The notes: generated by a model from the sequence alone, not told the origin. A stretch of DNA of 64,000 nucleotides from an uncultured Acidimicrobiia bacterium (GCA_963786955.1 CAWBAT010000006.1:448001-512000), one strand, 5' to 3'; shown: positions 9,270 to 20,982, counted from the stretch's first letter. A program made the numbers and translations.

Positions 9270-12200
9270 ATGTCTAATACCAAATTCGTCCATCTCCATC
9301 TCCACACCGATTTCAGCTTGCTCGATGGAGCTTGCGAAATCGAGACGGTGATGAACCGGATGTCCGATCTTAAGATGCCGGCTGCCGCGATTACGGACCA
9401 CGGCAACCTCTTTGGTGCTGTTAGCTTTTATGAGGCGGCCCGAAACCGAGGCATCAAACCCATCATCGGCTGCGAAGTCTATGTCGCTAGGAAAAGCCAT
9501 ACCGACCGAACAGCCTCTGACGGAGAAAAGACCAATCACCACCTCGTTTTGCTTTGCGAGAATAATCAAGGTTACAAGAACCTCGTCAAGCTTGTTTCCC
9601 ATGGTTTCTTGCAAGGCTTCTACTATAAGCCGCGCATCGATAAAGAACTTCTGGCCAAACACAGTGAGGGACTCATTTGTTTATCCGCTTGCTTGAGCGG
9701 TGAAGTGTCTTCCAATCTGGTCCACGGGCAATATGAAGCGGCCAAAAAATCCGCCGGTGAGTACATCGACATATTCGGACGCAATCACTTCTATCTTGAA
9801 ATACAGGACCAAGGGTTAGAAGCCGAGCACCGGATCAATCCCGAGCTGGTCAGACTTTCACGGGAACTCGAGGTCCCCCTGGTTGCCACCAACGATTGTC
9901 ACTATGTCACTAAAGAGGATTCCCGAGCGCATGAAGTGCTGCTTTGTATTCAAACCGGCAAGACCATGAGTGACAACAACCGGATGCGCTTCTCTACGGA
10001 CCAGTTCTATGTAAAATCTCAAGACGAAATGATTGCGCTCTTTGGGGAGATTCCTGACGTTTTGACTCGAACCCTTGAAATTGCGGAGCGCTGCGATTTT
10101 AGCTTGGAGAAGGCCGCTCAACCTTTCCCTCATTTCGACGTGCCACCCGACCGAACCCTCGACGAATTTTTTGAAGAGATTGTCTGGAAAGGATATGAAG
10201 AGCGCCTACCCCACCTCGTGCAAGCACAGCAGAAGGGGCAATTGCGTCATCCTCTGACCGTTTATCAAGAGCGCCTCACCCAGGAAATCCAGATCATCAA
10301 GCAAATGCGGTTCCCCGGTTATTTTCTAATCGTCTGGGATTTCATCCGTTTTGCCAGGCAAAACAAGATACCGGTGGGGCCCGGAAGAGGCTCTGCTGCC
10401 GGAAGTCTGGCTTCCTATTGCCTTCGGATCACGGATATTGATCCTATTCAATACGGGCTCCTCTTTGAACGATTCCTGAATCCGGAACGCATCTCCATGC
10501 CCGACATCGATATCGATTTTTGTACGAATCGCCGGGGTGAAGTCATTAATTACGTCACGCACAAGTACGGGCGCGAAAATGTCTCTCAGATCATCACGTT
10601 TGGGACGATGGCGGCCAAGGCAGCCATCAAAGATGCGGGACGAGCACTAGACATGCCCTATGCCGAGGTTGACAAGATTGCCAAGCTGGTGCCCGCCGAA
10701 CTGAACATTACCTTGGCTAAGGCGCTCGCTCAGTCTGAAGGGTTGAGAGAACTCTCGGCCAAGGACGAACGGGTCAAGGATCTGCTCGACATCGCCAAGC
10801 GTCTCGAAGGCATGGCACGCCATGCCTCTACTCATGCGGCAGGTGTAGTCATTTCTCCGGTGCCATTGACCGACATTGTGCCACTGCACAAGACGAACAA
10901 AGATGAAATTACGACCCAGTATTCGATGAATGATCTGGAAAAGATTGGCCTGCTGAAAATGGATTTTTTGGCTCTCACCACCTTGACCGTTTTAGATGAG
11001 GCCATCAAATTAATTGCGGAAACAACTGGTACAACCGTCGAACTGGACCAGATTCCCATGGACGATGCAAAGACCTACGAGATCTTTTCCAAGGGCCTCG
11101 CAAACGGCATTTTCCAGTTTGAAAGCAGTGGAATGAAAGATATCCTGCGCCGCTTCAAACCGGAAAAACTGGAAGACCTCACTGCCTTAAATGCCTTGTA
11201 CCGGCCCGGTCCGATTGGCGGAGGAATGATTGACGATTTCATCAAGCGGAAGCACGGTGAAAGGCGAGTTTCCTATCATTTGCCGGAATTGAAAGAGATT
11301 TTGGAAGAGACTCTCGGAGTCATTGTCTACCAGGAGCAGGTCCAGCAGATTGCGAACAAATTGGCCGGGTACTCGCTAGGGGAAGGAGATATCCTGCGCC
11401 GTGCCATGGGGAAGAAGAAACCGGAAGAGATGGCAGCCCAACGTGAGAAATTTGTGGCTGGGGCGAGAGCTCGCGGCCTTGACCAAAAAAAGGTCACCAA
11501 GATCTTTGATCTCATGGAACAATTCGCAGGCTATGGGTTCAACAAATCCCATTCGGCCGCTTATGCACTCCTGGCCTATCAGACCGCCTTCCTCAAAGCC
11601 CACTACCCGGTTTGCTTCATGTCCGCTCTGCTGACCAGTGAAATTAGCAATACCGATAAGATCGTCAAATACATCAATGAATGTCGCGACCTGAGCATTA
11701 AGATTTTGCCTCCTGACATTAACATCAGCCACCTCCACTTCACTCCAGCAGAGCATGAAATCCGCTTTGGACTTGCCGCAATCAAAAATGTCGGGGCAAA
11801 TGCCATTAATTCCATCATCGAGGCCCGAGGAAGGAATGGACGATTCACTTCGCTTTTCGACTTCTGTGAGCATGTTGACTTGCGCGTGGTCAACAAGCGT
11901 GTCATTGAAAGCCTGATCAAGGCAGGAGCTCTTGACTCAACCGGTCAGAAGAGATCCCAGTTGTTTGCGGTAGTGGATAGAGCCATTGAGACAGCCCAAA
12001 AAGTCCAGCGGGATCGTGAGTCGGGTCAGAAAGGATTGTTTGGCCTCGGAGTCAGTGTGGCTCAGGATTCCCATCCTCAGCATTCAGCTTCTTCCCTGCC
12101 AAACTTGCCGGAATGGGAGGAGTCCCTGCTTCTTTCCTATGAGAAGGAAACTCTTGGGTTCTATATTACCAGCCATCCTCTTTCCAAATATGTCAGTCAA

Positions 12201-12753
12201 CTGAAGGAGTTTGCTGCTGCAACGACTGAAACCTTGAGTGAATTGGAGGCCGGAAAAGAAGTATTCATTGGTGGAATCTTAACGAGTCTGAGACTTCTCA
12301 AGACCAAGAAAGGCGATCGCATGGCCGTTTTCCATATTGAGGATCTGACCGGATCCGTTGAAGCCGTTCTTATTCCCGGAGCCTTTCCAGCGCTTTGAAA
12401 AGTGGCTCAAGATCGACGCTCCCTTGCTGATTAAAGGAATTCTGGACGTGGAAGACTCCGGCGCGCGAAAACTCAAGACTATTGAGGTTCAGCCCCTGGA
12501 AGGCTTCCGCGAACGCGCCGCGACTTCGGTGACCATCCGAGTCAACCTAGCCGGGATGGGTCAAAGTGGAGCGGCAAAGATCCAATCGATACTTAGTGGT
12601 TACCCCGGTGAAACGCGGGTCATCTTTGAACTTGAACACCCAAAGGCCTATCTGATAACCTTACGCCCGAATCAGTTTGTGAGGGTGAAGCTGGATCCAC
12701 AATTTGTACAAGCAGTCGAAAACATTTGCGGGGCAGGCGCCGTGAGATTCTAA
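9270..12753 (+). CDS. dnaE: DNA polymerase III alpha subunit (indel near 12375)
   Basis: FVHLHLHTDFSLLDG PHP domain, GRGSAAGS, PDIDIDF and YGFNKSH; the OB-fold/C-terminus continues in ORF 12358..12753. Confidence 0.98.
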
Positions 12754-13739
12754 TGGCTGATGAAACCATTCCCGAACGAGAAGAAGTCGATCAGCTCGAG
12801 AAGCAAATTGAAGAATTGTCTAAGCTGATTCTGGACGACAGTACCGCGCGCGAACTGGAACGGCTCAAGAGACGGCTCGAGAAGCTCGGAAAAGAGATCT
12901 TTGCCAAACTGACGCCCTGGCAAAAAGTCAAACTTGCCAAGCATCCTCAACGCCCTTATGTCCTCGATTATGTCGAACTGATCTTTGAAGACTTCATGGA
13001 GTTGCATGGTGACCGGCGCTTTGAGGATGATCCGGCCATGATTGGAGGAATGGCCTCATTTCACGGTGAGCCATGTATGGTCATCGGGACACAGAAAGGA
13101 CGAGATACCAAACAAAAACTGTTTCGTAATTTCGGCATGCCCAAGCCTGAAGGGTATCGCAAAGCCATGCGCCTAATGAAGTTAGCAGAGAAATTTTCCA
13201 GGCCTGTTTTTACTTTCATCGACGTGGTCGGCGCTTTCCCGGGAATTGAGGCTGAAGAACGGGGACAAGCCGAAGCGATCGCTTATAATCTGAGGGAAAT
13301 GGCTCGACTGGAAGTTCCTGTGATCGTGACCATCACGGGGGAAGGCGGCAGTGGAGGGGCCTTGGGAATTGGCGTGGGGGATCGGGTTCTGATGCAGGAA
13401 TTTGCCTATTATTCCGTGATTTCTCCGGAGGGGTGTGCAGCGATTCTCTGGAAAGACCAGGATAAAGTGGAAGAAGCAGCAAACGCCCTCAGAATTACGT
13501 CAGCCGATCTGAAGTCGATGGGGATTATCGATGAGATCATCACTGAACCAGACGGCGGAGCCCACAACGATTTTCCCCTTGCAGCCTCCTATCTCGATGA
13601 GAAGTTAAAGCTAACCCTTGCAGAGCTTAAGTCCATCCCTCTTCCCAGGTTGCTTGAACAACGCTATCAGCGATTCCGAGCCCTCGGATCGTTCCTGGAA
13701 ACAGGGAAAGGGACCGGAACCGGAACAGCCTCGAGTTAG
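12753..13739 (+). CDS. accA: Acetyl-CoA carboxylase carboxyltransferase alpha subunit
   Basis: LHGDRR, NFGMPKPEGYRKA, GEGGSGGALGI and YSVISPEGCAAILWK; ATG overlaps the dnaE stop. Confidence 0.97.
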   Translation: MADETIPEREEVDQLEKQIEELSKLILDDSTARELERLKRRLEKLGKEIFAKLTPWQKVKLAKHPQRPYVLDYVELIFEDFMELHGDRRFEDDPAMIGGMASFHGEPCMVIGTQKGRDTKQKLFRNFGMPKPEGYRKAMRLMKLAEKFSRPVFTFIDVVGAFPGIEAEERGQAEAIAYNLREMARLEVPVIVTITGEGGSGGALGIGVGDRVLMQEFAYYSVISPEGCAAILWKDQDKVEEAANALRITSADLKSMGIIDEIITEPDGGAHNDFPLAASYLDEKLKLTLAELKSIPLPRLLEQRYQRFRALGSFLETGKGTGTGTASS

Positions 13740-13838
13740 GGCTCAGCAATAGCGAAAAATTAGACCGAAAATTTTCGATAAACCCGTTTTTGCTGACTAT
13801 TTGAACGACCAGAGCAAAAGTTCTCTTCCATTACTAAT

Positions 13839-14072
13839 ATGAAACCTGCCGTCAAGAAACTTAAGACTTGTCAATTTTCCAAGCCGATCGTCGCCGATTT
13901 CTTCGGCAAAGAGAACGCACATACACACCGATTAACCTGCGATCATCCTGAAAAGAAAATCGATTGGGAACTCGATGTGTGCAATTCCTGCGACGTATAC
14001 GTCAACCGGAACAAACCTTCAGAACCAGAATCTCCCAAAAAGAAAACTCGCGCCCGAAAACCAGCAAAGTAG
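13839..14072 (+). CDS. Small Cys-containing hypothetical protein with a basic tail
   Basis: 77-aa ORF with four Cys (CQF, TCDH, CNSC) and a Lys-rich C-terminus. Confidence 0.55.
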   Translation: MKPAVKKLKTCQFSKPIVADFFGKENAHTHRLTCDHPEKKIDWELDVCNSCDVYVNRNKPSEPESPKKKTRARKPAK

Positions 14073-14247
14073 CAACAGGCATCCTTGCCTGTTGTCCTCC
14101 CAATAAAAAAGCCGACAACCAGGATGGCTGTCCTACTCCCGGAAAGCTGGTAGCCACAAGCATCCACCCCTGTCGTAGTCGAGTGTGAGGCTTTGTTGTA
14201 GCCGGGGCCGCTGGCCCCGGACAACAGGCCCGGAGGCCGTTGCTACC
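14068..14247. repeat. Cluster of REP-like palindromes
   Basis: gtagcaacaggcatccttgcctgttg, accaggatggctgtcctac and tgtagccggggccgctggccccgg (related inverted copy at 51720-51742). Confidence 0.55.
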
Positions 14248-14270
14248 AGGAACCAGCCATTCCGAATCCA

Positions 14271-14975
14271 TCAAAAGCTCATGAATTCTTTGCTGATGGA
14301 AAACTTTTTGGAAATATCCGAGGGGCAGTGGAGCACATGCTCCAAGAAATCGCGCGGTTTCAGTAGCCCCCCGGTCTCAGGTTTAACAGAAACCGTAAAA
14401 ACAAATTTCGGCCGCTCATCGTTTTCAACACAGAGATTAATAATTTGTTCATGATCTTTAGAGCTGCACCAGAAGTCGTTCCCTTTGCTGTGGTCGCTCA
14501 GATGGTTTATCAGATCGTTTAGACGGCTCAGCAAAAGTGACAACGCAGGGCCATCCCCATTCAAGGGACCGGCTGGGTAAATCGCCCGATAGGTTACTTG
14601 TAAAGGCTGGGTAATCGCTCCCCTTCCTTTCTCCACGAGCTCAATACTCTGTACGCACAATCCGTCGATTAAACATTCGTTGATACCCTTGACGGCGCAT
14701 TCAGGCAACTCACCAAAGTGTTCAAACTGCACATACTCCGACCGGCTGCTCATGCCTAGAGGGATGGCTGGGGAGGTTTGAAATTTCGGACGTGGAGTAA
14801 ATCCCTCGGTAAACCGGAGCTTAAACCCGGATCGCAGCATGGCCTTCTCGATCAAGCACATAACATTCAAGTGCGAGAGGAACCGCGCGGGCCCTTCTTT
14901 CCAATAGTGGAGAATGTAAACTTTGGCCGGCAACGCACTCCCCATTTTTCGTTCTGTAGAATCCTCAATACTCAC
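14271..14975 (-). CDS. Radical SAM-associated protein (DUF2344/TIGR03936-like)
   Basis: KEGPARFLSHL, FTEGFTPRPK and AIPLGMSSRSEY motifs; coupled to the upstream radical SAM gene. Confidence 0.85.
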   Translation of the reverse strand: MSIEDSTERKMGSALPAKVYILHYWKEGPARFLSHLNVMCLIEKAMLRSGFKLRFTEGFTPRPKFQTSPAIPLGMSSRSEYVQFEHFGELPECAVKGINECLIDGLCVQSIELVEKGRGAITQPLQVTYRAIYPAGPLNGDGPALSLLLSRLNDLINHLSDHSKGNDFWCSSKDHEQIINLCVENDERPKFVFTVSVKPETGGLLKPRDFLEHVLHCPSDISKKFSISKEFMSF

Positions 14976-17012
14976 TACGGCGGATTGTCAACCCGCAATT
15001 CCACTTCCCCCACTTTGTCCTCGCTAATCGAAAGTGATTCGCCGGGCTCCGGAAAGGATTCCTGCCTATTCTGCGCTGTCGTGGGACTTATGACAGGCAG
15101 TCCAATATGAACTAAGTTCTCTTCCACAATCTGATTCGGGATTTCTGCCAGTTTGATATCTGCATAGTTGCCAGGAATGCCACAACCGCGACAATCGCCC
15201 CACTTACAGTCGCAGGTTTGAACCTCGTTATAAGAGCGTTCGCGTTCTTTCAGTAGAAATTTTTTCGAAACTCCAATATCAACGAAATCCCAAGGGAGTA
15301 CTTCATCAAGACCAATGTCCCGATTGTAGTAATAAGGATCCACACCGGATTCTTCGAAAGCCTTCATCCAAAGATCAAACCGGAACATCTCATTCCAGCC
15401 GTCAAAACGGCATCCCAGTTCGTAAGCCTTGAGGATGGCGCGCCCCACCTGACGGTCTCCGCGGGACAGCACTCCTTCTACAAAGCCTTCCTTGGGCTCA
15501 TGCCATTTAAGCCGGGCAAAAGGGAATCGAACGGCCGATTTCAAGATAATTCAATCGATCCGTCGTCACCTTGAGATCTTCAAAGCGATCCCACTGAAAT
15601 GGGGTAAATGACTTGGGGACAAAGGTCCCGATGCTGGCATTGACGTTTTTCTGTCCCTTGAATCGATACCCGATCTTGCCAACCTCACGAATCAAATCCA
15701 CTAATTCACGGATGTCGGCATCGGTTTCTGTTGGCAACCCGATCATGAAATAAAGTTTGATGAGATTCCATCCTTGACGATAAGCGGTTTCAACAGCCTG
15801 GAAAAGTTCTTCATTGCTGATATTTTTATTGATGAATTTCCGCATGCGGACGCTGCCTGCCTCCGGAGCAAAAGTAAAGCCATTCTTCTTCACTTCGCCA
15901 ACATTTTCCGCTAATGAAACCGAAAACATATCGGCCCGCAAGCGATGGCAGTGAGATGGAGACTTTATCTTTGGAGAACTTCCTTGCCATCTCCTTCGTG
16001 AGACACCCAATCTGGCTGTAATCGGACGTGGAGAGGGAAAGCAAGCCAATCTCGCGATTTCCCGTATTTTTCAGGGTCTCCGAGGTCAGATCGCACCACG
16101 TCGTCCACATTCAGTTCTCTGGTTGGGCGATACCAATACCCTGCCTGACAAAACCGGCAGCCCTGCGTGCAACCACGCATGACTTCGACACTGACGCGAT
16201 CTTGAATGATGTCAATGACCGGTACTACGGGCTTGGTCGGATAAAATTCCGGAGAGAGTGCCTCAACCCAACGCCGTTTGACAAGAGTCGACGGCTTGCC
16301 AGATCGGGTTCCGCCGTACCACGGACCAGGGGGGTGATGAATCTGGGGGACATAGATGCCAGGAATCTCGATAACGCCTTTAGGATCTGCCACCGTCTTC
16401 GCCCGTTCTCTTTGGCGTCTCGAAAACAATCGATAATCTCGCAACGATTTCTTCACCATCTCCGATCACAAAAAAGTCGATAAAATCAGCCAGCGGCTCC
16501 GGATTTGCGGTGCACGGACCTCCGGCGCACACCAGTGGCTGGGCCTCACCTCGTTGTTCCGCCAACAGAGGAATTCCGGCCAGATCTAGCATATAGGGAA
16601 CATTGATATACGTCTGCTCGGCTTGAAGGGAAAATCCGACAATATCAAATTCCCGAATAGGGGTTTTGGTTTCAAGACTGAGAAGGGGAATTCCTGCGAA
16701 CTGGAATTGCTCCGCCATGTCCACCCATGGGGCAAACACGCGTTCGGCATAGACATCTTCGATCTTGTTCAGGATGTGGTAGAGCATCCGGATCCCATTG
16801 TGCGACATCCCGATCTCATACACTTCTGGGAAGGCCAGCGCGAAGCGAACGTTTACTTGCCCCAAGTCTTTCAGGATCATATTCGGCTCGCCGCCAATAT
16901 AGCGCCCTGGTTTTGCTCCTTGTTCCAGCAATGAAAAATATTGATCTTTGAACTCTGCCAGTTGTGTTCGCAAGTGAGAGTCCTCCCCGACAGATAAGCT
17001 TCTATCCGGCAA
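14975..17012 (-). CDS. TIGR03960-like B12-binding radical SAM protein, split by several indels
   Basis: KPGRYIGGEPN, AFPEVYEIGMS, EVMRGCTQGCRFCQAG, FTFAPEAG, KLYFMIGLPTE and FDGW motifs across four overlapping ORFs. Confidence 0.9.
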
Positions 17013-17049
17013 TTATACCAAGTCGCATTCAAACGGTGACTGTCTGAAT

Positions 17050-17180
17050 TCCCCTCCTCCGGAAGGGGTGTAGGGGTGGGTTCGTCAGTGACGAAAAGCG
17101 GGCACCCTGTCTGCGTTCCCAGTGGTAATCATACCCACCCCTGGCGCCTAAGGTCGCCTTCCCCTCCCATAGAGGAGACT
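17050..17180. repeat. Inverted-repeat intergenic element (cccctcc..ggggtggg / cccacccc..cccctccc)
   Basis: Preceded by gtgactgtctgaattcccctcc, which recurs at about 22304-22325. Confidence 0.5.
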
Positions 17181-17385
17181 TGTTTCGATTCACCCCCGCT
17201 GGAGAGGCTAGCTCGTTTCTATGTATCCATTTGTTTGCAACTTGGCATTATAGAGTAGTCGCCTGTGAATTCAAATCTGTTCGGGAATTACCGATGGGAG
17301 TGAACGCCTGCACAATTGCCCAAACTCTCCACATCAGGCGAGGACGCCTGTCGCTACCGAATTTGCGAGGGGTAGAAAGTCCTCC

Positions 17386-17880
17386 TTATCCACCGCAGCG
17401 CAATGTGTTTCCTGAAATGACTTCCAAGGCATGCCCCAAGATTGCAGCAATGGCACCCAGGGACTCTCGAACACCCTTGACGCTTCCGGGCAAGTTGATA
17501 ATGAGAGTTTTATTGCGGATGCCCACTAAACCGCGGGAGAGGGAAGCCCGAGGATTTGCTTTCATCCCTTCGAACCGCATCAGTTCGGCCATTCCCGGGA
17601 CAGGCTTTTCAATTACCGCAGCTGTGGCTTCAGGGGTTACATCTCGCGGCGCTAAACCGGTACCACCCGTTGTGACAATGAGATCGATGTCCGAAGAGTT
17701 GATACTTTCAAGTAGCCGCGATTGAATCGCATCAATTTCGTCCGCGACGATCAAGACAGCAAGGACTTCACAACCGATTATTTCCAGCCCTTCCTTCGCT
17801 GCCGGGCCCGATAAATCCTGGCGCTCGCCGCGAGAAGCGGAGTCACTGATGGTAATCACTATAGCGTGAGGTTTTCGCAA
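17386..17880 (-). CDS. mog: Molybdopterin adenylyltransferase, MogA/MoaB family
   Basis: TISDS, DLSGP, TTGGTGLAPRDVTPEAT, SRG and NLPGS motifs. Confidence 0.9.
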   Translation of the reverse strand: MRKPHAIVITISDSASRGERQDLSGPAAKEGLEIIGCEVLAVLIVADEIDAIQSRLLESINSSDIDLIVTTGGTGLAPRDVTPEATAAVIEKPVPGMAELMRFEGMKANPRASLSRGLVGIRNKTLIINLPGSVKGVRESLGAIAAILGHALEVISGNTLRCGG

Positions 17881-17893
17881 GTTACTTAAGGGT

Positions 17894-17945
17894 TTCAGAG
17901 TTCAGAGTTCTAAGTTCAGAGTTTAGAATCGAGAGCTTCAAGTTC
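17894..17945 (-). repeat. Heptamer array (ttcagag)n, downstream arm of four-helix-bundle cassette 2
   Basis: ttcagag ttcagag ttctaag ttcagag tttagaa tcgagag cttcaag. Confidence 0.85.
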
Positions 17946-18325
17946 TATTGCAGCGGAAGTTCCTTTTTGTTTAAGTAAGCCATTAGCCGGGTGGTCATCG
18001 AAATCACTTCCTCCGCCTTGTGGTACAACATATCAAATTGACTTCGATCCATTCCCGTGGTGTCGAGGGCAACATACAGCAGAGATTGAACCTCGACTGC
18101 CGATGCCCTGGCGAAGCTGAGGAAATGAGAGAAATCCTTGCGACTTTTTCTGGCAAATCCTTCAGCAATATTACTCATAGCCGAGACGGCTGTCCTCTGG
18201 ATCTGGTCTCTCAGTCCGTAATCTTTCCCAATCCTCCCAACTGAGCTTGTTTTGTAGATTTCTTGAACAAGTTCTCTTGCCTTCTGCCATGCCTGAATAT
18301 CTTCGAAACGCCTAATCGTCGCCAT
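17945..18325 (-). CDS. Four helix bundle protein (23S rRNA IVS protein / Avd-like family)
   Basis: IRRFEDIQAWQKAREL...DYGLRDQIQRTAVSAMSNIAEGF...FLSFARASAVEVQSLLYVALD. Confidence 0.93.
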   Translation of the reverse strand: MATIRRFEDIQAWQKARELVQEIYKTSSVGRIGKDYGLRDQIQRTAVSAMSNIAEGFARKSRKDFSHFLSFARASAVEVQSLLYVALDTTGMDRSQFDMLYHKAEEVISMTTRLMAYLNKKELPLQ

Positions 18326-18436
18326 TTTACAAATGTAATCCTGAAAATCTGATAACCACAGGTCACCCTGCCTTATGGCAAATAACTAATAGTTTAGATT
18401 ACGAACTCCCTATTTTAACTTTGACTCCAAAAGCTG

Positions 18437-18520
18437 CTAGCTCAATACTTCGAACTCTTCACTCCGAACTCTGAACTCAGGACTCGAGACTCCGGACTTC
18501 GGACTCCCGACTCTAGAACT
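18437..18520 (-). repeat. Heptamer array (NNNactc)n, upstream arm of cassette 2, inverted relative to 17894-17945
   Basis: ctagctc aatactt cgaactc ttcactc cgaactc tgaactc aggactc gagactc cggactt cggactc ccgactc. Confidence 0.88.
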
Positions 18521-19007
18521 TTTCAAGATCTGCCAAGGCGGCGACGCCATGCTTCTTCAAGTAACTGATGATCCCTCCCTCCTCATAAAGCCGCAACATC
18601 ATGCTTGGAATCTGGACTCGGATTTCCTGCTTTTTGGTCTTGTTATTCAAAACTTGTAATTTAACATCCAACTCTAGTTCATCTGTGTCTTCAATAGAGT
18701 CGGTATCGGCAATGACGCAAAGCAAACCAAGATTGATCGCGTTCCGGAAGAAAATGCGGGCGTAGGACTTGGCCACGACAGCACGAATCTCAGAGGCCTT
18801 GAGCGCTACCGGGGCGGTTTCCCGGGAACTCCCGCAACCAAAATTCTCGCCCGCGAGAACAAAATCGCCTGCACAAACCTTCTGCCTGAATTCGGGGCGG
18901 TATTCAACAAAGCAGGCCTTGGCCAATTCTTTGGGATCCGTCGTGATGTTGTAACGTCCAGGGGTGATGAGGTCGGTGTTGATGTTATCCCCAAATTTCC
19001 AGTTCAT
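18513..19007 (-). CDS. leuD: 3-isopropylmalate dehydratase/homoaconitase small subunit
   Basis: WKFGDNINTDLITPG, GENFGCGSSRE and ARIFFRNAINLGL. Substrate specificity is uncertain. Confidence 0.85.
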   Translation of the reverse strand: MNWKFGDNINTDLITPGRYNITTDPKELAKACFVEYRPEFRQKVCAGDFVLAGENFGCGSSRETAPVALKASEIRAVVAKSYARIFFRNAINLGLLCVIADTDSIEDTDELELDVKLQVLNNKTKKQEIRVQIPSMMLRLYEEGGIISYLKKHGVAALADLEKF

Positions 19008-19019
19008 TGTTTTCCTTTC

Positions 19020-20272
19020 TTAGTGTATGAACGCTCTCGGATCCGTAATAAAACCGGTGAGCGCTGAGGCTGCCGCGGTAGCGGGGCTGGCTAGATAAAT
19101 CTTGGCCTTCGGGCTTCCCATCCGCCCTTCGAAGTTGCGATTGCTGGTGGACACGCACACCTCATGATCGTAGAGCACCCCCCCTGCCCTACCGAGGCAA
19201 GGTCCGCAACCAGGGCTGGAGACAATAGCCCCCATTTTCATAAACTCTTCGATGTATCCCTTCTTCAAGGCCTGCAAGTAAACCTTTCGTGAAGCTGGAG
19301 TCACGATCGTTCGCAATCCTTCTTTTAGCTTCTTTCCCTTCCACACGCCATAGACGACATCCAGATCTTCAATCCGGCAATTGGTACAGGATCCGATGAA
19401 GACCTGGTCTACCCGAATCCGCTCAGCTTGCACTTGTTCCACTGGCACATCATTGTCAATGTCCGGAGGGCAGGCAATCATGGGCTTCAATCTGAAATGT
19501 CAAAATGAAGGACTTTCTCAAATCGGGCGCCGTCGTCACTGCGAATCTCCTCAAAGTTGTAGTCGCGTTCATTTTCCACAAGATATTCTCGCGTTTTCTG
19601 ATCAGGAGGAACAATGGCCGCTTTGGCTCCCATTTCAGCGCTCATATTCGTCAGGGTGAGTCGAGCGGGGACATTGAAGTTTTCAACGGTGTCTCCCCAA
19701 TATTCAATAACCCTATAATTCGCTCCGTCTGCCCCTAATTCTTTCGCAACCCTGAGTATGACATCCTTGGAAAAACACCCATGAGGAAGCTTCCCGGTGA
19801 TATTGATTCGAATGGTCTCGGGAACACGGAACCACGCTTTGCCAGTTGCCATGGCAATGGCAGCGTCAGTAGAACCCACACCAATCGTTAAGGCACCCAC
19901 CCCTCCTCCGGTCGGGCTGTGCGAATCCGCCCCCAGGATAAGGTTGCCGGGGTTGATCAGACGCTCAGACATCACTTGGTGACAAACTCCCTCGAAGCTG
20001 ATCGGGATCCCTTGCTCTTCAGCGAATTTCCGGATTTCAGCCTGTAGCTTGGACATCGCCACACTGGGACTGGGAAACGCATGGTCGAAAGGAATAAATA
20101 TCTTCTTAGGATCAAAGACTTTGGTCGCGATCTGGTAGAACGGCTCAAGGGCCCAAGCACAGGTCGTGTCGTGTGCCATGATGAGATCCAATTCAGCTAA
20201 AACAAAATCACCCGCATGAACTTTTTTTCCACAATGACTTGAAAATATCTTCTCTGCGATAGTTTGTCCCAT
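19020..20272 (-). CDS. leuC: 3-isopropylmalate dehydratase/homoaconitase large subunit (indel near 19490)
   Basis: [33 protein letters not shown] and NRNFEGRMG motifs. Confidence 0.87.
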
Positions 20273-20486
20273 AATCCTCGCCCTTGAGTTTAATACCACT
20301 CTAAAATATGCCGGCCCTCATCATAGCCGTTTCGGAGATTTCTAGCCAGTGTCCGCACTGCTCTCCGCCTGTTTCGATTATAGTGAATCATCCAGAAGCG
20401 GGCAAATCGTCAGAACCGATTTAAAGTTGACCGGAAGTAGCGTGAGGCTTAAGATACAGCCTCATTCGGTACTAAGCGAGAATACG

Positions 20487-20982
20487 ATGCATTCACAAGC
20501 AAAGCCGATCGTCGGTGTCATCATGGGGAGTAAGTCGGATTGGGAGACCCTTCGTCATGCCGATGAGATCTTGACACAGTTTGATGTCCCGCATGAATGC
20601 CGTGTGGTCTCCGCCCATCGCACCCCTAAATGGTTGGCCGAATATGCTGCGCAGGCAGAGTCGAATGGAATAGAAGTGATTATTGCGGGTGCCGGAGGAG
20701 CTGCCCATTTGCCGGGAATGGCAGCGGCCCAAACGATCGTCCCGGTTCTGGGCGTTCCGGTCGAGAGCAAAGCCTTGAAGGGATTAGATTCATTGCTTTC
20801 GATCGTGCAGATGCCAGGAGGCATTCCCGTAGGGTGCTCTAGCTATTGGGAAAGCGGGAGCGATCAACGCTGCGCTTTTGGCAATTGCCATCCTCGCCAA
20901 TTCTCGTCCAGATTTACGCGAGAAACTGCGCGAGTTCCGGAAGAAACAAACCGAAGCCGTTTTGAACGATAGCCTGCCGTAG
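20487..20982 (+). CDS. purE: N5-CAIR mutase (frameshifted)
   Basis: [28 protein letters not shown] and [11 protein letters not shown]; the C-terminus ([14 protein letters not shown]) is in another frame. Confidence 0.95.

Noticed and set aside
8814-18325. Four-helix-bundle (Avd-like) genes as part of a diversity-generating retroelement
   Set aside because: No reverse transcriptase or TR/VR repeat pair differing at adenines is seen in the window.
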